Shown: positions 41,072 through 52,695 of the stretch, piece after piece
Layout of the letters: every line of letters begins with the position of its first letter
How positions within the stretch are numbered: the stretch's first letter is position 1
Source: Atractiella rhizophila
Taxonomy: Eukaryota
Assembly: GCA_021432655.1 (NCBI GenBank)
Contig: MU271304.1
Location: forward strand, 1-64,000
Direction of reading: 5' to 3'
Length of the DNA: 64,000 nt
Position numbers and translations under genes: made by a program
The notes under the pieces: generated by a model
What the model saw: the letters and a program-made list of their open reading frames with translations, nothing else
The model's database searches: none
Told to the model about the DNA's origin: nothing

Positions 41072-41770
41072 ATGGCCATTCCACAGAATCTTCTTCCTCC
41101 AATAATACTGTATCGGTACCGTGATTCTTTTTGCCACGTCCAGAGCCCAGGCGTTTTTCAACGTCACTTTCTGATGTATCTGTCGAAGGAAGGAGGTTAC
41201 TCCGTGCACATTACAAGGTGCTAAGGGACCCTTCGATGCGGTTCCTGGGTGATGACTATGTGAAGGTAAAGTGCTTTGAACATTCACTGCGCGCAAACTC
41301 AGGCTGATGTTTGGGTGTTTGGCAGGCAGAGTTTCGGCGACATAAAGAAGGTATGGAAAGTATACCTACCCTATTTCGATGTGATACTCAATTGGAACTT
41401 GTGTCAGTCACGAACCCAATCCAACTTTTACATTTTTTGGGGCAATGGAGAGAATACCTGGATAAGCTGGAATCATCACATCCAGACCAATTTGGGCAGC
41501 TGAGCTCCGACGATCTAGACAAGGTGTGTCTCTTTGCGTCTTCTTCAAAACTTCAATCCTCACGCCAGTTTTTCCCAGTTTAATGATCAACGTTAGCATT
41601 CCAATGTGGGGCTGTTGAGTAGGTTCTAATGTAATTACAGAAATTGGACAACTAGCGGAGCTGAAAGAGGCAGCGAAAGATCTTTATAAGGAGGCTGTCG
41701 TGCAGCAGACCAAAGGTGACTGCTACTTCCACTCAAAGGTTCTGATACTGACAGAGCTGTAGTATCATAG
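41072..41770 (+). CDS. SDH7: Succinate dehydrogenase assembly factor 3 (Sdh7/ACN9, LYR motif); multi-exon, true start may lie upstream
   Basis: Spliced LLPPIILYR|RLLRAHYKVLRDPSMRFLGDDYVK|AEFRRHKE|VTNPIQLLHFLGQWREYLDKL...DK|FNDQ|QIGQLAEL. Confidence 0.88.
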
Positions 41771-41931
41771 TATGCAATAGATGCTCCATACGTTCTGCCT
41801 CGTCATGGAGCAGGTTTGGAAGTACCATTCTTGATCCCTCGTCGCTTAGTTTCTTTGCCGTTTCTCTGCTTGATCCTGCGCGCCACCAATACGTATGATT
41901 ATGATATGTCATGTAGTATGGACACTTTTCT

Positions 41932-41991
41932 GCTTAGCACAGACATTGTTCCGCTTAGCACAGACATTGTTCCGCTTAGCACAGACGTTGT
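41932..41991 (+). repeat. 21-bp tandem minisatellite, ~2.8 copies
   Basis: (gcttagcacagacattgttcc)x2 followed by gcttagcacagacgttgt. Confidence 0.9.
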
Positions 41992-42254
41992 CGCGGCTCA
42001 TTGATGCGTTTGTTTGTGGCGTTCCACCAAGTTCCACGTTTTTAATATCTTAATCTCATTCCAGAAGTCAGTCGGCAAGAAATTACGAAACCTGTTGAAA
42101 CTGACAACCACCGCCGTTGCAGACATTTAGCTTCATGTGTTTATGTTTGAATATTTAAAACATTTTCCAACTTTTTTTCACATTTTTCAAAACAAAGGTT
42201 GAGATCAACATCTCTTCAATATTTTCCTCATAATACAGAACCTTCAAAGCAAGG

Positions 42255-43016
42255 ATGAAGAAAGCAAATTCTACCTCACGAAATGAAGTTACGCGTCCGG
42301 AGGGCATGACGAGCGCGCAAGAAGAGATTCTAGAGTCTTATTTCAAGGATCAGATATACTGGACCAAGTTCTCGACCCTTGTCGTCGGGACTTTCAGCCG
42401 CTTTACCACATTGGAGTCGCCGCTTCTGCTCTCCTTCGCCGCGCAAACCTCAACTATGACCATAGCTGTGGCGTTCGCTGACATCTGGTTTTTTGCTGAC
42501 TTCCCCAAAGAGACTATCGAAAGCGTCACTCTGGTGGAAAGGGATGACAAGGCATGCTTAATCTTGAAGAGAGCTGTGAACAAGCGACCAGGATTCAGGT
42601 TCTGGAAGTATATCGAGGAGCCTCACGACATTGTGGACGTCGCTTGCGAGGATTGGTCTCACGAATCTCAGCTCTCCCTCATGCACACGATCATCTGTGG
42701 TCTGAGCTTTGAGATTGCCCTGTTTGACTTCTTGCGCATGTTGAAGGAAGAAGGAATCGAGTCTAAGTTTATCAAAGACGATGCCAGCGTCGAACTGAGA
42801 GCTCACGTTCCATCGCAGGAGTTGGATGAATTGAGAGCTTTTCTTCCGGCCACCTTTTTCGATCTCCAGGAGTCCCGCGACAACTGGATCAGTAGCAGCC
42901 CGACGCAGGCCAGTGGTCATGTTGGTCCTCAGCAAACTTCTTCGTCGTCCAGTCTCTCCACTTTGGACAAGCCTCCTACACCTTCCTTTGTCAGAAACAA
43001 CGATTTCTCCGCCTAA
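42255..43016 (+). CDS. Intronless 253-aa protein resembling the PH-like domain of Phx1/HOY1-type homeobox proteins
   Basis: Uninterrupted ORF. Pattern LVVGTFSRF...FFADFPKETIESV...KRPGF...ACEDWSHESQLS resembles the recalled L.IG.W.R...IE.P...I...RPP.F...C.DFT..QAS pattern. Confidence 0.55.
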   Translation: MKKANSTSRNEVTRPEGMTSAQEEILESYFKDQIYWTKFSTLVVGTFSRFTTLESPLLLSFAAQTSTMTIAVAFADIWFFADFPKETIESVTLVERDDKACLILKRAVNKRPGFRFWKYIEEPHDIVDVACEDWSHESQLSLMHTIICGLSFEIALFDFLRMLKEEGIESKFIKDDASVELRAHVPSQELDELRAFLPATFFDLQESRDNWISSSPTQASGHVGPQQTSSSSSLSTLDKPPTPSFVRNNDFSA

Positions 43017-43545
43017 ACATCTCGGTTCTACTTACGACGTTTCATCTAGCCTTTACCGACACTGTTCGCTCCTTGAACCTCGAAGCTCACTGTTTTGTTT
43101 CATGTTCCCAGAAATTTATCAAGTATTGTAACCACCATCCTAACTATATTGGTCCACATCAGAAGCCGTGTCTGTATTGCTTTAGCAAACCTGTAGTTGT
43201 GTCCAAGCTGTTTCAAGGTTGCAATGTCACGTTCGCCATATCTTTCTGCACCATTCGGAGAGACAAATTGATATTCATAGATTCACTGAAGACTGCCTGT
43301 TGCGTATAGACATTTCAAGCTTACTTCGAGTTAAAGAAAGACGAAGGGGGATGACAACAAGTCGTGAACTCACTGGCGGAATGCGGAAAGAGGTAACAAA
43401 TCAATACGGCTTGAGAGCAGAAAAGGAGTCATGAAAAAAGGATAGATAATTGGGTACTCACTAGCCAAAAAAATAGGAAGAGAGAGGGAACATCACATAA
43501 TACCGTATAAAAAGCAACTGAGAGGAAGCAATCGTAACGGGAACT

Positions 43546-45873
43546 TTATGATGGCAGAGGTGTTCTACTGGGCTGCTTGTCCATGAATTCCTGACTGGCC
43601 TCAGACAAAGACCAGTTTCGTGCATATGCGCTTGCCTTTAAAACTATCGCACATCCCGCGTTATTTCGGATGCTGAAAGAAAGAATAGCCGAGCGTACAC
43701 TTCTTATTTGAATACTTTTTGTATAGAAATTTCTCTTCAAAGAGGTCGTCCCTCAAGACTTCGACAAGGAACCTAGCCGGACCCAAGAGCTGAGCTTCGG
43801 TAAATCCAGAGTAGAAGACAAAGGCATGGTTCTGATACAGCGGTGTCAATCTTCGATTCATATCTCAGAAGTTGAGGACTAACCCAAGTCTGACCCAACA
43901 TGATCCTTGCCATATACATGCCGATAGCAGCGATCAAACTGGGCTTAGCTCGAAGGAAGCGATGGTCGAGAAGAGTGACTTCCATCAAAAATTTGGAAAG
44001 AGTTCGTGTTTGGACATCGTAATCATCAGCTTTGCTAATCCTCCTCACCCAGGTGTAAGGCGAACAGTACGTCGAGATCTCGAAATCCAAGGTCTCTAAT
44101 ATGACACGTTCGCCCTTCAGGATCTCTTCTTTCGTATAACCGTCGTGAGTAATGTAAGCAAATTCGTCCACACTGTAATGAAATGGGATGAACAAAGGAC
44201 ATGATCTGAACATGACAGAGAACTTACCTCGGAGCCATCACCTCTTCATATTTAGCAGCGATGAACATGGAAGTCACTCCGACCAGTTGAACCTTATGGA
44301 CATTGACGATTCGCTTGGAGAGGAACCTGTCGAAGATATTGATGGCGATCCAAAGAGTTTCCGGTAACATGTGGTATCTCATGTGAATCTGAAGGAGCCA
44401 ATCGACGAGAGAAGTTCGCATGGCCCATTGGATATCAGGCTGGCGTTCCATATAATTGGGATCCGGGAGCGCCTTTCCCTATTTTCGAGTTCCCATGAGT
44501 TCTGTGTCTCCAAAGCAGAGGAAAGACACACCTCTAGTTGGGACATATACTCGAAAATCTCTTCGTGGTACTCAGCGACCATCTGAGTATCCCTCACGTC
44601 AACCTGTTCCGAAAACATCTCCCTGATATTCTTAACTTCCCTCTGAGCCTCAGCCTCAACCTCTTGGTCAAGAAGAAGCCAGTTATCCGGATCGATTTCC
44701 GTGACTGGTGTCGGAGGAGCAGTTGACTTCTTTTCCACCTCCGCCACTTCGACAGGATCCTCGTAGACAGAGACTTGGGAGATTGGGCGATGACGACTCG
44801 CTCGCGCTGGTTTAGCAGGCGAGGCTTCCCTGGCAGCCTCCTTCCTAATTTCCACCTCAATGTCCTCATCTACTTCCTGGATCGGCAGTCCACCTGGCAT
44901 AACCGTCTCCTTCAAAGGCTCATCGACCATGACCTGGTCCCTGAGCGAACGCCTCGAAGACTTCTCCGATCTATACGATCCCCTCCTCGACTCAGCTCCG
45001 CGCTCCATTGGGACGGGGAGAGTGACATTGTCCACTTGAACTTCTTCCTTATCCGTTACTCCACACATTTCGAAGCCCTGCCCCACTTCCTCAATCAAGT
45101 CGTGCTCCTGAACTGGTGAGAAGATCTCCATATCCGCCGTACTCCAGGGTCGTTCCCTTCCATGAGCTTCTGTCCTTTCCCGCTTAGCAGGGGGTGGAAG
45201 GTCCTCGTGAACTTTGAAAGCAGGTTCGTGAAGAGATTGGTTGGAAGACTTGACCGAGAGCCCGGGTCTCGCGTGTTTTGTCCCTCCAAAGGATATGGTG
45301 CTAGACTTGCTTTTGGCATTCTTGAGGCGTGAAGCAAGGGTCTTCGATGTTTGTGCATCCGCAGAAGTGACGGTGGATGATGATCGTGCTCTGATAGTTG
45401 GAATGCGTGGGACAGCAGCTGAGTCGATGGACATTGTTTTCTTGTGCATCGGCTTAACAAGTGAGCTCGAGGACTTTCCCCGTTACCTCAGTTATTACGA
45501 CGCGTCGATGCATAGAGGGACGAGTAAAGCATACCTTGCCGACTCCATTTGTGAGGACCGCTCGCTTTGGTAATCCTGCAATGGGCTTGTTCTCAATCCC
45601 TCCGAAATCCTTTACGGAAGCGACCGGTCCCTTCAAAGGGTTCCCTAGACCGGAGGAAAGTGGTCCCTTCTGAGGAAGAGGAGCGATCGCGCGGACTGTA
45701 GAAGCAGTCTTGGGCAGGAGTGGCTGTCGAGGAGCGAGATCCTCAGTAAGGTTAGCTTTCGATGCAACCCGAGAAGCACGACCTGCTCGAGGCTGTATTA
45801 TCAAAGGCAATCAGTCGTACGAAAAGAAACACTAGAACAGGAAAGGACGGACTCTGTTGAGGGGTTGTGCCAT
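43546..45873 (-). CDS. B-type (G2/M) cyclin; multi-exon
   Basis: MVAEYHEEIFEYM, MRTSLVDWLLQIH, LPETLWIAINIFDRFLS, QLVGVTSMFIAAKYEE, RRISKADDYDVQTRTLSKFLMEV. Confidence 0.95.
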
Positions 45874-46392
45874 TTCGTTCTTTCAAAAACGGGCCTCAAG
45901 AATAAGATGATGTGATGTAATCCGACGTCTAACACCACCCATCAGACAAATTAAATACAACACATCTCCTCATTCCAGCGGTAAAAGTGAAGAGAATACG
46001 AACGGTTAGACTATTTACTGTGGTACTTTCTGACCACCCAACCGACAAGGTCGAAGGTTCCAATTCCGTTTTCGTACTTGATAAAAGGTGATAAAAAGAG
46101 ATATTGACAAATCCTAGAGGCTCTGAGGAGAGAATAGGCGGGAAAGAGGGTAAGGTGACGACTTTGTGAAGGGTAAGCAACAAAGTGACGCCTTTGATCG
46201 TTACGAATTAATATGAGAAAAGCGTCCAGAACTCAAGAGCCGTTGCAGGAACTGTGATTCTGAACGGAGAAAGTATACCTTCGCGTCAAACGTGGCCTAG
46301 GCGAAGGGCGAAACTGGCGGACGAAAGGTGGAAGGTGACGGTGAAAGGGAGGACAAGCGAAGTTGAGCGAACGTCTACTCAAAACATAAATG

Positions 46393-46404
46393 ACCCTAAC
46401 CCTA
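46393..46404 (+). repeat. Interstitial telomere-type repeat (two CCCTAA units, permuted)
   Basis: ACCCTAACCCTA in the intergenic region upstream of the cyclin B gene. Confidence 0.7.
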
Positions 46405-46920
46405 CGTCACATTGCGCGTTAACTCACACGTGATCGGCACTTGTTTCTGGATGTGCCATGAACATGAAGCGTGTGAGAGAGGAGCAGAGAGCAGAGGATA
46501 CTTAATTTCCCACTTCACCGCCATTTATTCTGAGCATGTATATTGAGAGAATCCTCTGTCAGTCCTGCTGGAGTTGCAATGAAGCATGCCAATCTTCATC
46601 AAGTCCTGGGTTATGGTTCGAAGGTAGGACATGTCCTGATTTACGGCTCGGAGTTGCGACACCAAAATGAATCAATGGATGAATAATGAGACATTGCAGC
46701 GATGGGTGTGATGCGACGACAAATGCAACAGAATGATTAGAACATTAAGGGAATGAGAAGTCACACCAGAACCATCATGTATTTAAGACAGAATTGACTG
46801 ATACCATACGACTCTTTGTTGTTTTTTTCCTTCCTTGACGACATAAAGGGACCATAGATAGAAAGGCGAAATGAAATGAACACAAATGACACACTGAAAA
46901 GAAAGAGAGGTTTGAACAGA

Positions 46921-49245
46921 TCAGGCCTTCGCTGAAGCACGACGCAGGAAAGAATTCCACTTCCCCGACTTGGGTGCATTCTCGTCGTCTGATGCCGATG
47001 CCGAAGTCGTGCTCAAGCTCCCAAAGATCCCTTTGCGCCGGACGGGTTTAGGAGATTTGACAAGCACGGAATCACTTCGTGTCTCTTCGGGTGGAAGGGG
47101 TGGAGACAGGACGCGCGCAGATACAGGGGGAGTTGGCAACGACTGAGTAGGTCGTTCTGGTAACGGAAGAGAATCGATCCGACGCGGGATACCTTCGCCG
47201 GGAGTTGGGGGTTCTGAATGAAGCGAGGTAACCTGTGACATGGATGTGGGAGAAGCGGTAGTCTGATCTAGGTATTCGCTCATGTTCATGTCGACATCTG
47301 AAGACGACGCCTCAGAATGAAATGACGTCCGTGAGGAGAGTCCAAACGAGGAGTAGCTAACTCCTAACCCGGATATGCTTTGAGCTATCGAATTCGCTTC
47401 GGCCTCTCTGTTACTCAAGGTTGGATCCAGCGTTGCTACTGATCCAGCAAATGATGGATTGGATTGGAAGGAAGCCGATGATGCGTAGACCGAGGCTTCA
47501 GGTGGAAGTCGGGTCCTTCGACCAGTCCCACTAGAGCTTGAACTTGAGAACGTCGGCGCCGTAGAACCCCTAATTGTCCTCAAGGTTTCCTTCGAGGAAT
47601 TACTACCTAATGACGGACCACCTGCACTCCTGGGTCGCCTAGATGCGTCGTAAGGGTGATTCCTTGGCTTCGGCGAGAGGTGATTGGGAGAATGGTGCCG
47701 GCGAGGCGGACTAAGAAGGTTAGAAGTACTGTTGAAAGAATCGCTATTATTCATAATTCGGAAGGTTTCTGAGCTTAATGAACTTCGATGAGACGCAGTT
47801 CGACGAATCGAAATATCGCCAGTGGATGGCCGTGAGACGCCAGCAGTTGAAGGACGAACAGCAGTCGACGAACGCACTAGTTTCGGGGCGGTTTCAGGTT
47901 CTGGAATCGTCGGCATTGGGAGTTCTGGGGGTGGGGTGAGAGCACGGCGGTCGAAAAGGTCTCGCTCAGCTTGACAAGCTGGAAGTTGGCGCAGTGCATT
48001 GTGCCCAGCCCGTTTTCGCTCGCTCGCTCCAATGGGAGCGACTACCAGTTCCTTTGAAAGTTCTATTGACTCGTTTCCTCCAGCCTTGGTTTTGATTAGG
48101 ATCTGATAAACCGACATAACAGTGAGCAATGTGAAGAAGTAGGCGAGAAATGACGGACCTTGACATTAATTGTGAAATAAATTTCCGAAAATCTGGTGCA
48201 CATGGTTTCACCGATGGAATAAACATATGCCGACTTTGGTTTGGGGAGAGTCACGGCGAGAGATGTTTGTGCGGTCCCGCGCTCATCGAATGAAGGATTT
48301 TCGGTATAAACAGGTGAGAAAGTTGTGGTATTAGGTCGTTTGGCAATTCTTGCTAACTGGGTTTGGGTTTGGGGGAGATAGGTGGAGTCGTATGAACGGT
48401 AGACGACATAGCGACCGGATACCAGTTCGGAATTGATGGCGCGGTGGCGGTCTGAAGTTGTTTGAAACTGCAGTTCTTCGAAGGTGGGTCGCACGAACTT
48501 GAGGTCCCTATTATCCTCCCCCGCTTCATCGAAACAGAGAACGTGATGACGCTGGATGGAAACCGCAACTTTTTGACAGCAACTGAGTTGTCGTGCTTGC
48601 GCATGACAATGTTGACATTGTGTGGCTCGTCATAGCTCACAATGTAGCGTTGATGGTCTATCGAGCACTCGATGCCGCGGTGGAAAGTGTATGTATGGGG
48701 TACAAATTGAATCGGGGGAGGAATTCGAGGAAGGTCGTATCGTGTGAGAAGGAGAGGTTTAGCAACAACTTTTGTCGTGCCTTGCATCGCGATGCGCTTA
48801 TGCGTGACCACTGTCCCGTCACATTGTGAACCCACTGACTTAATGAAAGGAGCACTAAAGACCCACCGGCTTCGACCTGCCACCAAGCTCTGTACGACCT
48901 AAACGAGCTCGTGCTCACCCCACCGACAGAGATTGGCAAAACGATTCTGAAGAAGCTCTCCCAGTCTCCCAGCAGTCCCCATTCCACACCATCACCCTTC
49001 CTCCATAACTCTTGAACAGCCTCAAAGAGAATACCGACATTGTCGTTCTTCACTGGCTTTCCGTCCACCTGAGACTCGTAGCAAACAACTCTGACGACGA
49101 CACTGGATGCTTTCACTGGCTTGAGGTCCTCCTGCAGGCCCAAAGAAACAACGCCTTGTATGATAACTGGCGTGAGGCCCAGGTAACCAGCATGAGGGAA
49201 GAATCTCGCTGTGTTTCCCCTGCTCTTGAGGGCGAGTACGACCAT
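46921..49245 (-). CDS. Conserved fungal protein with arrestin-like N-terminal beta-sandwich and long Ser/Pro-rich tail; multi-exon
   Basis: FFPHAGYLGLTPVIIQGVV...VVVRVVCYES...ELW...FRIVLP...YRAWWQVEA|VVTH. Long low-complexity last exon. Confidence 0.65.
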
Positions 49246-49781
49246 GTTGAATGGCTTCTGGGTGGAAGTTGGGAATCCTCCGTTGCTGTTTTCGACACGC
49301 GACTTGTGAAAATGGAATACTTGGGATGAGGACCCGCAGAGGGATTGGGGAGACTGGTAGGTGAAGGGAGCGAACAAAGGAGAGAGGTGGTTAAATGAGA
49401 ACGGAGGTTGGAGTGGGCCATTCGTAAGGGCAAATCATTGGGAAGGACGCTAGTCCAAGTTAGCGCTACTCAAACTTTGAGATCGGAAACTTGAACGTGA
49501 CTCCCAGACGCGTTAAGAAAGCTTCGGCCGTGACCGGACAGTCAATTCTTTTGTTCTCTTCCGTTCACTCAGGTTCACTTCGCGTTTTGCCCAGTCCCGA
49601 CAAACAATACATGCATTATTAGTGTCCGCCAAAGGTATCTCAAAACAAAAAACAAATCCAAGATAAAGATAAAAGGCATTTCATTCCACAGAGCGTGAAA
49701 GCATCACTCCCGGCGCTCAACTTTTTACACACGGTCTTCTGCATTCCGATGGACTCTAATTGCCCAACTTATTGCCCTAGA

Positions 49782-51949
49782 CTAGTTGTGCTTCCAGTAA
49801 CTACGCCAACGTCAGATTTTTCTGTGCCGATGGGTCTGTAGCCTTACCAGATGTCACCATCTTGGACTGCGCCAATTCGAACTCATCAGCTTTGGCTTTC
49901 GAGCTAGCAGCATACGACTTACCTTCGTACGTTTTTCCTATTCAAAGTCGGACCCATCAACGTTTGCACATCAGATCATGACAGAGAGCACCCACCCTTT
50001 TGAGCAAGCTTACCGGCCTGGACCGGATTTGATGAAAAAAAAAAAGGAACTTGCGGACCGGAAAAGTTCGAAAAACCTACAGCTTTCACAGCTGCCTCAG
50101 AACCTAGCTCACGGAGATCATTATAGGCCATGATATCAGCTGAGATAAACTTGTTTTCGAAGTCAGTGCTGTCAACCGCGCAGAGGACAGTTCTCAGAGA
50201 TGTCAACCTTCAACGCAAGATGGGAGGACGCACTGAATCACTCCGGCAGCCTGGGGAGCTTTTGTGTTCTCCCGAATTGTCCATGCTCTCACTTCATCAG
50301 GCCCGCAGGTAAAATACCGGATGAGCTTACGAAATGGATAGGAGTCAGCCATCCACATCCATCAACGTGAGAAAAAGGAACCAATGGACGCACATGTAAA
50401 GCTTGATACCCAGCTGTCGTGATCTTCCCTAAAGCAGCTGGAGCACCTAGCTCCTCGCACTTCTTTTTTTGGTCGTCCTTGCTCAAGTCAACAAGCGTTT
50501 CTTCAAAGACAACAGAATAGGGAATCAATGGGTCTCCAGGGTTGTTACTGTCTATCCATTGTTTGATCTTGGGCAGCCTGGAAAACCTCCAATTAACATT
50601 TCTGCAGACGAAAATCGCCATGAGGCAGGACGAGGAACAACACACACCATTTGTTCTTCTTCCGGATGTAGTCCTTCTCGCTAAGATTTACAAGGTATAC
50701 CACGGGTTTAGCTGTTAGCAGCTGCAATCCGTTCACCACATCAATCTACAAAGAAAAGAGAGGTCAGCTTGGCCGTTTGACAAGGAGGCACATCAATCGG
50801 AGCAAGATCAGATTGGATATTATCTCATCGTTCATGTGCATGAACATTCGACGAGCTGGGTTATTAGATTTCGAGCACTGCGTGCCCTTTTTCATCACAG
50901 AATCAAAGTGAAAAGTTTCAGTGGACTGCAATAGTGCTTACCTCCTTTGCGCTCCAGTCAGCCTTTCGAACGTCTTTGTTACTCTTCAAAACGTCGAGGA
51001 CTTTCTCCACAGACGTCTGAACTTCATCAGTCCACGTTGGAGGTGGGTGGCGAGCGAAAACATACGATCTCTTCCTTCTTCGCTTTATCGGCCAGAGACG
51101 CCGTTCCAGTTCCCCGGAAGGTTTTCTTCAGCTGGACGCCAGGAATATCGTCAATAAGAGCAACATTTGTGCACAAATGCCAAGAAAAGACATACACCGT
51201 CCAGATGTTTCTCCACCCATTCTGTGTCCTTCAGCCTCAACTCGTTCGAAATGATCTCCATGTCCCTGACCGGGTCGACATCACCTTCGACGTGGGTAAC
51301 ATCCGCGTCATCGAATGCTCTAACAAGTTGATAGATCCCATCGACAGCTCGGATGTGGGATAAAAAGGAGTTCCCCATTCCTTCTCCTGTGTGTGATCCT
51401 CGTGTAAGGCCAGCAATATCGATGATTGTGAGATGGGCGGGGATGCGGGAAGCAGGCTTATAAAGGTCGCAAAGCCATTCAAACCGCTCGTCAGGGAGAG
51501 GGACTCTAGCTTCTTCCTGTAGAGAAGCACATTATGCACGAATTTGAAGCTGAAGGGAAGAAACAAACTGGATCGACGGTTGCATAAGGGTAATTCTAGA
51601 TGTGGATGAGCATTTGCTCTCAGTCTAGCAGAAATAGAGCTTACAGCAGTCTACAAGAGGAAGGACAGCATGAGCATTGTTTGAGCAATGAGAGGAATCA
51701 CACCTTTCCGAGATCTGGAAACATTTGAATCAGTTCAGGCCCGGTGAATCATCTGATGCTCCTACCAGTTTTAGAGATGACGTTAAACGTTGAGGACTTT
51801 CCGATGTTGGCGAGCCCAACAATTCCCATTTTCAGATTGTTAGAGGGTCGACCTGATTTTCTCCATCAAGACAGATTTTGATCAACGGAAGAAAGCGGCT
51901 CACCAAGCAATGCCTTTGGCTCGGCAGCAGGCGCTTTTTTGGGAGGCAT
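49782..51949 (-). CDS. OLA1: Obg-like ATPase 1 (YchF family); many small exons
   Basis: MPPKK...[84 protein letters not shown]. Confidence 0.95.
50805..50903 (-). ncRNA. Intronic box C/D snoRNA, snR69-like (predicted 25S rRNA Cm2948-equivalent guide)
   Basis: Lies in an unusually long (196 nt) OLA1 intron. Box C GTGATGA (50898-50892), box D CTGA (50811-50808), D'-like TCGA (50851-50848) preceded by AACCCAGCTC, which is complementary to conserved LSU rRNA GAGCUGGGUU. Hairpin between D' and a C'-like ATGAGA. Confidence 0.8.
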
Positions 51950-52695
51950 TTTCTTTTTGGCGCAATAGAGAGTACAATGAAAACTACGAATACAAAGTCT
52001 TTGAGCTGGATATCGAACGAGGAAGGCCAGATTGACGCTCTCGTTGATTGGTAGAAAAAAATTGATCAGCCCTGTCGGTTTGATCCGAAGCAGTGGTGGA
52101 ATAGAACCACTCTAATTATCGATAATGTGCTCTCTAAATCTGCAGGTGCGAAGTCTGAAAATCTGCAAATGGTTGATGTGCGCCACAAACTTAATTCCCA
52201 ACTTTCCCGTTTCGGATGTTTGCCTTTTTGCTTTCACTCACCTTTCCACGCATATTCTGCGCTTCTGCATATTGCACATTATATCTCTCGTCGAAGAGAG
52301 TGAAGCCATGCTGAAGGGCTCATCTGTGAGGGCTCTTGACGCAACTCTTCCGGGCAGCATAAATTCGATTGCACTGACGTGAAGGAGAAAACAAAAATTC
52401 ACAACATGCAAATCAAGCACTCAAACCTGAATAAATGGGGGGGTGCGGTTCAAATGTGATGGCAGGAACGCAGGAACACACAGAATGTTCACAGGCCGAT
52501 CGGAGAGAATGGATTGATTCTACAACTTCGATAACACACCAGAAAGAGAGACAGAGAACGCGATCACACGACGGAAGCCAAATATATAAGAACCATAGCC
52601 ACAAAGCATTATCAGGTAGGCGTACTGGAATATATCAAGGGCAAAGTGAAAGCCGAAGATTGGAGCACGCCCCGTTGACAACGGCCCCAACACCG

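Noticed and set aside
41932..41991. 21-bp repeat as a CRISPR array
   Set aside because: Head-to-tail repeats without spacers in a eukaryotic genome, so an ordinary minisatellite.
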